A stretch of 64,000 nt of DNA from positions 354 to 64,353 of the forward strand of contig DKEW01000015.1 of NCBI GenBank assembly GCA_002452265.1, read 5' to 3'. The position numbers and the translations under genes are program-made. How positions within the stretch are numbered: the stretch's first letter is position 1; every line of letters starts with the position of its first letter. The notes under the pieces were generated by a model, which worked only from the letters and a program-made list of their open reading frames with translations, was not told the DNA's origin and ran no database searches. This DNA comes from Pelobacter sp. UBA6812 (GTDB lineage: Bacteria > Desulfobacterota > Desulfuromonadia > Desulfuromonadales > Syntrophotaleaceae). This document shows, in pieces, positions 57,664-64,000 of this stretch.

Positions 57664-60384
57664 TCAGATTTTCTCTTCATCAAGACAAGACAACAACCTT
57701 GTCCGCAGCTCCTCAAGGCGCTCCGGATCCCGGATTTTCTGACTGAAGATATCCTTGACGTAAAAAGTGTCTGCCACCTGGTCAACCTTGGTCGATATCT
57801 TGGCTACACCCAGATAGAGACCAAGATCGCGCAACGTTTTACAGATGCGATACAACACGCCGACTTCGTCGTGGGTGTAGATGTCAAGTACGGTGTACTC
57901 CTGGGAGACTTCATTGTCGACATCCACCCGGCTGGGGACTTTGGGATGTCCCGGATCTCCCCAGGACACAGGCCGATGCCGCTTGCGTATCAATTCCTCT
58001 ACCTTGATGCGGCCTTCGATAACAGCCAACAGCGATTCTTCAACGGCATGCCACTTTTCACTGTCCGCATCGCTGAATCCGGAAGGCCCCTTGACCTGGA
58101 GCATATCAAAGGCTGTTCCATCACGCTGGGTAAAAATCTGCGCACCGAGAATGTTGATCCCGTAAGCTGCCATGACCCCGGTGATCATGGTGAACAATCC
58201 AGGCATATCGTGGGTAACGATGGTGAGCTGGGTATAGGAACCGTCCGGCCCGTTGGCCACGAAAAACCCGAGCCGTTTGTCGCGACTGCCCAGAATCAAT
58301 CGAATATGATCGGCAATGGCCTGACTGCGAAAAGACAGCAGGTAGCGGGTGCTGGCTTTGCGAAGCCGCTCCGCAACGACCTTGGAATCAAATTCATCCT
58401 CCAGCAAGGCCTGAACTTTGCGCCTGCGATTGCGCAGTTTCTCGGAGCGGGTGTCCAACAGGAAGTTGCCACGCTCAAGAACGCCGTGTGTCTTGTCAAA
58501 AAGTTCCTGCAGCAGAACCGACTTCCAGCCGGTCCAGACATCAGGTCCCACGGCACGCAGATCCGCAAAGGTGAGGAGATAAAGCATCTTGAGGTTTTCG
58601 CTCATCCCCATAGTGCGGGCAAAATCAACGATAAGGCGATCGTCATGCATATCGCGGCGTTGGGAAATATGCGCCATCAGCAAATGATTGCGCACCAGAA
58701 ATTCAAGTCGCCGACTATCTTCCTTGTTGAGGCCAAGGCGCCGGGCTACGGTAGGCATCATATCCGCTCCCTTGTTGCAATGATCGCGGCCCTCCCCCTT
58801 ACCCACATCATGTAGCAGCATGGCCAACAATAAAAGCTCTCGTTTTTCGATATCATTGGCAACACTGGTGAGGCGCGGCAACTCTTCCGCGTAGTCCCCC
58901 TGCCAAACCTTAAGCAGCTCACCGACGGCAAACAGTGAATGGGAATCGACGGTGAACACATGATATGCATCATGCTGGACCTTACAATAGATGCGGCCAA
59001 ACTCTGGGATGAAATGGTTGAGAAACCGCAAGTAATGCATATCCTGCAAAGCCTGCAGAACACCGCGGTGATAACGCAGGATCTCCATAAAGGTATCGAC
59101 CATGGCCTTCGAGCGCCGTACCGTATTGTTAATGCGATGCAGATTCTCGCGGATATGGTTTTTAACCTGCGGACTTAAAACCACTTCATGCAACTGCGCA
59201 AGCCGAAAGGCCAGCATCATGCGCTCGGGGTATTCTTCAAAAAGATCTCCCTGGACCATGCGCAACTCGCCATGAAGGGTATAGAACCCGTCGCCGACCG
59301 AACGCTTCAGAATCGTAGTGGCGCTGGGAGTGGGTGAGGACTGATCGTGCATACGCACTTTGTCGATCAAACGTGTGGAGATTTCTTCGACATGTACGGC
59401 ATGCGCATAATAATCCTGCATGAATTGTTCGACGGCCAACGCCCGCTTATCATCTTTGTACCCTAAAAACCGGGCAATTTTTTCCTGGTGATCAAATCGG
59501 ATCTGCTCATTTTTACCGGTGGAAAGAAAATGGAGTTCATTGCGAATCCGCCACAGATAATCAAACGCACGATAGAGTTCATCGTACTCCTTTTCCGTCA
59601 TGATCCCCTTAAGAACCAGTTCAGACATGGAGCGGGCCTTAAATTTTACCTGAGCCAACCACAGAGCGGTATGCAGGTCCCGAAGTCCACCTTCACCCTC
59701 CTTGATATTGGGTTCCAGCAAATATACAGATGAACCGTATTTACCGAGACGCCGGTTGCTCTCCTCAATTTTCTGGGTGATGTATCCCTTGCTGTTCCAG
59801 TTCAGCACTTTATCAAGGACGTTCCGCTCGTACTCGCCAAAACATTCACGATTGCCACACAGATATCGCGAATCGAGCAAGGCGGTTCTCGCCGTAATAT
59901 CCTTCTCCGCCATTTCCAGGCAATGCCGCGCCGTCCTTATGCTATAGCCGATATCAAGCCCCAGGTCCCACAGCAGGTAAAGCATGCGTTCGGAAACCTG
60001 TTCGGCAAATTTTTTACCTTTGCCATTGTGAAAAAACATGATGTCGATATCGGAACGGGGATTTTGCTGTCGCCGCCCGTAACCTCCCAGCGCCACCACG
60101 GCGCATCCGGCCTGACCCTTTTTAGGCAGATCGGATGAGGCCGCCTCATACAGAGCACCCATCAACGCATCCGCCGCCTCGGTAAGCAGTTCAACCACTT
60201 CGTGACCGCTTGCACCGCTACGATGATACGCCATGATGACATCCCGGCAGCGATTCGAGTAGTCGCAGGCCGCAGCCAGCAACTCCGGGCGCCGTTCGGC
60301 ATATGGCAGAGAGGTATCGCAACACAACTGTCGGAGCGTATCGGGAATAATGAGTTTTTCGGCGAGGTCGGATAAAGAATTCAT
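57664..60384 (-). CDS. glnD: [protein-PII] uridylyltransferase
   Basis: GGYGR...SDID, EPNIKEGEGGLRD, HD domain (LLHDVGKG), two ACT domains. Confidence 0.97.
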   Translation of the reverse strand: MNSLSDLAEKLIIPDTLRQLCCDTSLPYAERRPELLAAACDYSNRCRDVIMAYHRSGASGHEVVELLTEAADALMGALYEAASSDLPKKGQAGCAVVALGGYGRRQQNPRSDIDIMFFHNGKGKKFAEQVSERMLYLLWDLGLDIGYSIRTARHCLEMAEKDITARTALLDSRYLCGNRECFGEYERNVLDKVLNWNSKGYITQKIEESNRRLGKYGSSVYLLEPNIKEGEGGLRDLHTALWLAQVKFKARSMSELVLKGIMTEKEYDELYRAFDYLWRIRNELHFLSTGKNEQIRFDHQEKIARFLGYKDDKRALAVEQFMQDYYAHAVHVEEISTRLIDKVRMHDQSSPTPSATTILKRSVGDGFYTLHGELRMVQGDLFEEYPERMMLAFRLAQLHEVVLSPQVKNHIRENLHRINNTVRRSKAMVDTFMEILRYHRGVLQALQDMHYLRFLNHFIPEFGRIYCKVQHDAYHVFTVDSHSLFAVGELLKVWQGDYAEELPRLTSVANDIEKRELLLLAMLLHDVGKGEGRDHCNKGADMMPTVARRLGLNKEDSRRLEFLVRNHLLMAHISQRRDMHDDRLIVDFARTMGMSENLKMLYLLTFADLRAVGPDVWTGWKSVLLQELFDKTHGVLERGNFLLDTRSEKLRNRRRKVQALLEDEFDSKVVAERLRKASTRYLLSFRSQAIADHIRLILGSRDKRLGFFVANGPDGSYTQLTIVTHDMPGLFTMITGVMAAYGINILGAQIFTQRDGTAFDMLQVKGPSGFSDADSEKWHAVEESLLAVIEGRIKVEELIRKRHRPVSWGDPGHPKVPSRVDVDNEVSQEYTVLDIYTHDEVGVLYRICKTLRDLGLYLGVAKISTKVDQVADTFYVKDIFSQKIRDPERLEELRTRLLSCLDEEKI

Positions 60385-62108
60385 TTGTTGGCTATGGTTT
60401 TGGAATCCTGGCTAAAGGTATGTACGGCGCGGGCAATGGCCGTAGCGGCATGGTCCTGATATTTGGAACTGCCCAGTCGGCTTTCCTCGGTTTTATTACT
60501 GATAAATGCAGCCTCGACCAGCACCGAGGGCATATTGGCGCCCAATAAAACATAAAACGGTCCTTGACGTACCCCGTGATTTTTGACGTTGGAATAGTGT
60601 CGCCCGAGGTGATCTACCAGGGACTTTTGTATTTCAGCAGCTAGCCGGCTTGATTCATTAATTTTGGCATTGGCCATGAGATCAAATAAGATAAGTTCAA
60701 GATCACCTACTTGTTTGAGGGAAGTACCGTTTTCCCTGGCCGCAACAGCCGCAGCCTTGTCGTTTTTGGAAAAGTTGAGGTAATAGGTCTCTATGCCCTG
60801 TGCATCACGGTTATTGCTGGCATTGGCATGCACCGAAATAAACAGGTCGGCTCCTACCCGGTTGGCGATAGCGGTTCTTTCTTCCAGGGGCAGAAAAACA
60901 TCCTTGTCGCGGGTCAGCACCACCTGACAACCCAGTTCTTTTTCCAGGCGGAGCGCAAGTCGCTTGGCCATGGCAAGGGTGACATCCTTTTCCATGACGC
61001 CGCTGGGTCCAATAGCCCCGGGGTCTTTGCCACCATGTCCTGCATCGACGACGATGCGCCGCAAGTTCCCCGGTCTTGTGGCTGTCGGAAGAGTAACTTT
61101 CAAGGGTTTCTCTTCCGGAGTTTTTTCCAGCACTTTAGCGATGGCGTCTCCGGATCCAACAACCGGCGCATGCAATTCAGGTTCTGCAGCCTGCAAGGTA
61201 GTCCTTTGTTCCCCCGACACATCGATAACGATACGCTGTGGATTTTCCAGGGCAAAGACCTTGTAATCCTTAAAGGTTTCGAGATCAAGAACCACGCGCA
61301 CCAGATCCCGGTCCGGTTTTCCCACCCTGATGCTTTGCAGCAGACCGTCGGCAACTTTTGTGGATGCAGGAACCTGTTCTGCAATCGATCCAGCCTTAAT
61401 ATCGACGTAAAGCCGCGGCTGTTGTCCTTTTTCGGCGCCCAGCAGATGCACTGAATAACTGGCGGGATGAGATAACTCGACAACCACGCGTGTGTATCCC
61501 GGGCTTGACCAGGAGCGAACCTGGCTCACTTCGTCCGTCCCGGAAGACGTACTGGCAACGGACGCCGGCACCGGATGCGGTGCACCCACATCCTTGGGCG
61601 CATGAGCCCTTAAGCGCCTTTCGCCTTCACGGCACAGAGACGCCATATCGCCCTTTGGATAATTGTCGACAACCTTCTTGTAGCGCACATATGCACCGGA
61701 CCGGTCGTCAAGGCTCTGCTCAAATATCAGTCCGGCCAAATAGCCGGCATCATCCGCCAAATTACTTGCCGGATAACTGCTGGTCAAACGGTCATAAAAC
61801 TCCACAGCCTGCTTCGCATCATCCTTGCGTCTGGAAATAGCAAACAACCCTTCAGAGGCTTTACCGCCGAGGTACAGGGCATCGGCAGCTCGGTCATGCC
61901 TGGAATAATCACGGACGACCTCCTCGAATCCCTTGATGACCCTGTCCCAGTTTTCTCGATAAAGTTTGCTTTTGGAGGAATTCTGTAACTGCTGATACGC
62001 TGATTTGGCACGGGAAAAGGCTTGATCGCCAGCGTCTGCAACAGCGGATACCGGCAGGACATGCATCAGAACAAGGAAAAATCCAAATAAAAATCGCAAA
62101 GGTGTCAT
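60381..62108 (-). CDS. N-acetylmuramoyl-L-alanine amidase (TPR + AMIN + Amidase_3)
   Basis: Signal peptide, TPR-like N-terminus, RVVVEL/RIVID AMIN strands, DAGHGGKDPGA, SVHAN, LVE. Confidence 0.93.
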   Translation of the reverse strand: MTPLRFLFGFFLVLMHVLPVSAVADAGDQAFSRAKSAYQQLQNSSKSKLYRENWDRVIKGFEEVVRDYSRHDRAADALYLGGKASEGLFAISRRKDDAKQAVEFYDRLTSSYPASNLADDAGYLAGLIFEQSLDDRSGAYVRYKKVVDNYPKGDMASLCREGERRLRAHAPKDVGAPHPVPASVASTSSGTDEVSQVRSWSSPGYTRVVVELSHPASYSVHLLGAEKGQQPRLYVDIKAGSIAEQVPASTKVADGLLQSIRVGKPDRDLVRVVLDLETFKDYKVFALENPQRIVIDVSGEQRTTLQAAEPELHAPVVGSGDAIAKVLEKTPEEKPLKVTLPTATRPGNLRRIVVDAGHGGKDPGAIGPSGVMEKDVTLAMAKRLALRLEKELGCQVVLTRDKDVFLPLEERTAIANRVGADLFISVHANASNNRDAQGIETYYLNFSKNDKAAAVAARENGTSLKQVGDLELILFDLMANAKINESSRLAAEIQKSLVDHLGRHYSNVKNHGVRQGPFYVLLGANMPSVLVEAAFISNKTEESRLGSSKYQDHAATAIARAVHTFSQDSKTIANK

Positions 62109-62111
62109 TCG

Positions 62112-64000
62112 TCAGACCATTTTTTGAAGTTCATGGAGGAAATTAAGTCCCTCAAGGGGTGAAATAACCGAGATATCAAGATCGGCTAATCTTTGCCGAA
62201 TCGGATCGGGTGCTGTATCGAATAGCGACATCTGGGGATTAGGGCTAAGCTTGCCGCCGCCTGCGCGTTGTGCCAACCGCGGCTGTCCCTCCGCCATGAG
62301 TTCACCGGATTCGAGATTCGCCAGGATTTCCTTGGCCCGGTCAATCACGGCCACGGGTAAACCTGCCAGGCGAGCCACCTGGATACCGTATGAATGACTG
62401 GCTGGCCCTTTGACTATTTTTCGAAGAAAGATTATTTGCTCATTCCATTCCCGCACGGCAATGTTAAGGTTCTTCACCCGATTGCAGGTCAGAATCAAAT
62501 CGGTAAGCTCATGATAGTGGGTAGCAAAAAGGGTCTTGGCCGCCACATGTCCGTTATCATGCAGATACTCTGCCACCGCCCAGGCGATACTGATCCCGTC
62601 AAAAGTCGACGTGCCACGACCGATTTCATCGAGTACGATCAGGCTGCGAGCCGTGGCGTGATTGAGAATATGCGCCGCTTCGGTCATCTCGACCATAAAG
62701 GTCGATTGACCCTGTGCCAGGTTATCGCTGGCCCCGACACGGGTAAAGATCCGGTCGATCAGCCCGATATGCGCAGAGCGGGCCGGCACCAGGCTTCCCA
62801 TGTGAGCCATCAAGGTAATCAATGCCACCTGCCGCATAAAAGTCGATTTACCGGCCATGTTGGGACCGGTGATAACCATAATCTGATTTTCCGTGCAATC
62901 CATCTCCACATCGTTGGGGACGAAATGCTCGCCGAGATTCATGGCCTCGATAACCGGATGGCGCCCATCGCGGATTTCCAGACGGTCACTGTTATCCATG
63001 ACCGGACAGACGTAATCCCGGCTATGCGCCACATCCGCCAGGGATAAGATAACATCAAGCTCCGCCAGGGCGTCAGCCGTCTGCTGCACCCGCGCCCCTT
63101 GGCCGGCAACCTGTTCGCGGACCGACTGGAAAAGCTCGAATTCCAAATCGAACAAACGATCCTCGGCACCAAGCACCTTTTCTTCGTATTCCTTCAGTTG
63201 CGGAGTAAAAAACCGCTCAGCGTTGGCCAGGGTCTGTTTGCGCTGATAATCTTCAGGAACCCGTCCCAGATGGGAGCGCGTGACTTCAATATAATAGCCA
63301 AACACCTTGTTATATCGGACTTTAAGCGAGCCGATGCCGGTACGTTCGCGCTCATCGGCTTCGAGACGGGCAATATATGCCTTGCCATTACGTCGGATAT
63401 CCCTCAGCTCATCAAGCTCTGGATGATACCCGTCGCGCATAAGGCCGCCTTCGCGCAACACAAATGGCGGATCATCGACGACGGCAGCGGCAACCAGTTC
63501 GGCCACATCGATCAACGGATCGATACGGGCGACAAAATCAGCAATCAGCGGGGTGCTGAGTTCAGAAAGACGCTGCAGGATAAACGGCAGTTGCTCCAGG
63601 GATTTACGCAGCGCGACCAGATCCTTGGCATTGGCGTGCCCCATCACAATTTTGCTGTTCAAACGTTCCAGGTCATAAACGCCATCGAGATCACTGCGAA
63701 GATCAGCGCGCAACAGACTCTGTGTGACCAATTCCTGCACAGTAGCATGGCGGCGGCGTATCGCCTCCACCTCCACCAGCGGATGATGAATCCACTGACG
63801 TATCTTTCTTCCGCCCATGGCTGTCACGGTGCGATCAAGCACTCCCAGCAACGAACCGCGCCGTCCACCATCCTGCAAGGTCGCCGTCAACTCCAGATTG
63901 CGCCTCGTACTGTTATCCAGCACCATGTAATCCCGACTGTGATACGTCGCCAGGGGACGAATATGGCCAGCCACACCTTTCTGGGTCTGCTCCACGTAAT
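62112..64000 (-). CDS. mutS: DNA mismatch repair protein MutS (3' part; starts beyond the window end)
   Basis: [40 protein letters not shown]. Confidence 0.98.
   Translation of the reverse strand, partial: YVEQTQKGVAGHIRPLATYHSRDYMVLDNSTRRNLELTATLQDGGRRGSLLGVLDRTVTAMGGRKIRQWIHHPLVEVEAIRRRHATVQELVTQSLLRADLRSDLDGVYDLERLNSKIVMGHANAKDLVALRKSLEQLPFILQRLSELSTPLIADFVARIDPLIDVAELVAAAVVDDPPFVLREGGLMRDGYHPELDELRDIRRNGKAYIARLEADERERTGIGSLKVRYNKVFGYYIEVTRSHLGRVPEDYQRKQTLANAERFFTPQLKEYEEKVLGAEDRLFDLEFELFQSVREQVAGQGARVQQTADALAELDVILSLADVAHSRDYVCPVMDNSDRLEIRDGRHPVIEAMNLGEHFVPNDVEMDCTENQIMVITGPNMAGKSTFMRQVALITLMAHMGSLVPARSAHIGLIDRIFTRVGASDNLAQGQSTFMVEMTEAAHILNHATARSLIVLDEIGRGTSTFDGISIAWAVAEYLHDNGHVAAKTLFATHYHELTDLILTCNRVKNLNIAVREWNEQIIFLRKIVKGPASHSYGIQVARLAGLPVAVIDRAKEILANLESGELMAEGQPRLAQRAGGGKLSPNPQMSLFDTAPDPIRQRLADLDISVISPLEGLNFLHELQKMV

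Noticed and set aside
1-64000. CRISPR array, rRNA, IS elements, NusG-paralog antiterminator
   Set aside because: No regularly spaced repeats, rRNA signatures, transposase ORFs or RfaH/LoaP/UpxY gene were seen.

Overview
Bacterial chromosomal window. Gene order and protein style suggest an anaerobic deltaproteobacterium (Desulfuromonadales, Pelobacter/Geobacter-like); this is inference only. Nearly all genes are on the - strand. 1-23.2 kb is housekeeping: 5' part of iorA, ppx, Na/Pi cotransporter, yciO-like gene, dut, M16 peptidase, pnp, rpsO, truB, DHH, rbfA, infB, nusA, rimP, three RNA methyltransferases, holC and a 4-subunit 2-oxoacid:ferredoxin oxidoreductase. Two + strand genes follow: a small secreted protein with an ECF-type promoter and a PPi-type phosphofructokinase. 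25.4-54.6 kb is an accessory Wzx/Wzy exopolysaccharide locus. It has an OPX plus beta-barrel export pair, Wzc and its phosphatase, a ligase-like/TPR protein with degenerate catalytic motifs, and a PglF/PglE/2xPglC amino-sugar pathway with no PglD but with ATP-grasp, FemAB/GNAT-like and PHP enzymes. 55.4-64 kb is housekeeping again (apgM, xerD, glnD, amidase, 3' part of mutS). The best candidate for an undescribed system is at the head of the EPS locus: two colinear PL9-type polysaccharide lyase domains (about 83% identical by hand count). One is fused to 3 Calx-beta domains and an Ig domain. It sits behind a sigma54 promoter and a ~375-nt leader containing a cloverleaf RNA, an SD-preceded mini-ORF, a c-di-GMP-I riboswitch and a terminator whose pairing suggests OFF-switch logic. 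The other is a short, possibly lipoprotein copy. Together they suggest a c-di-GMP-gated matrix build/dispersal module. No tRNA, rRNA, IS element or CRISPR array was recognised.
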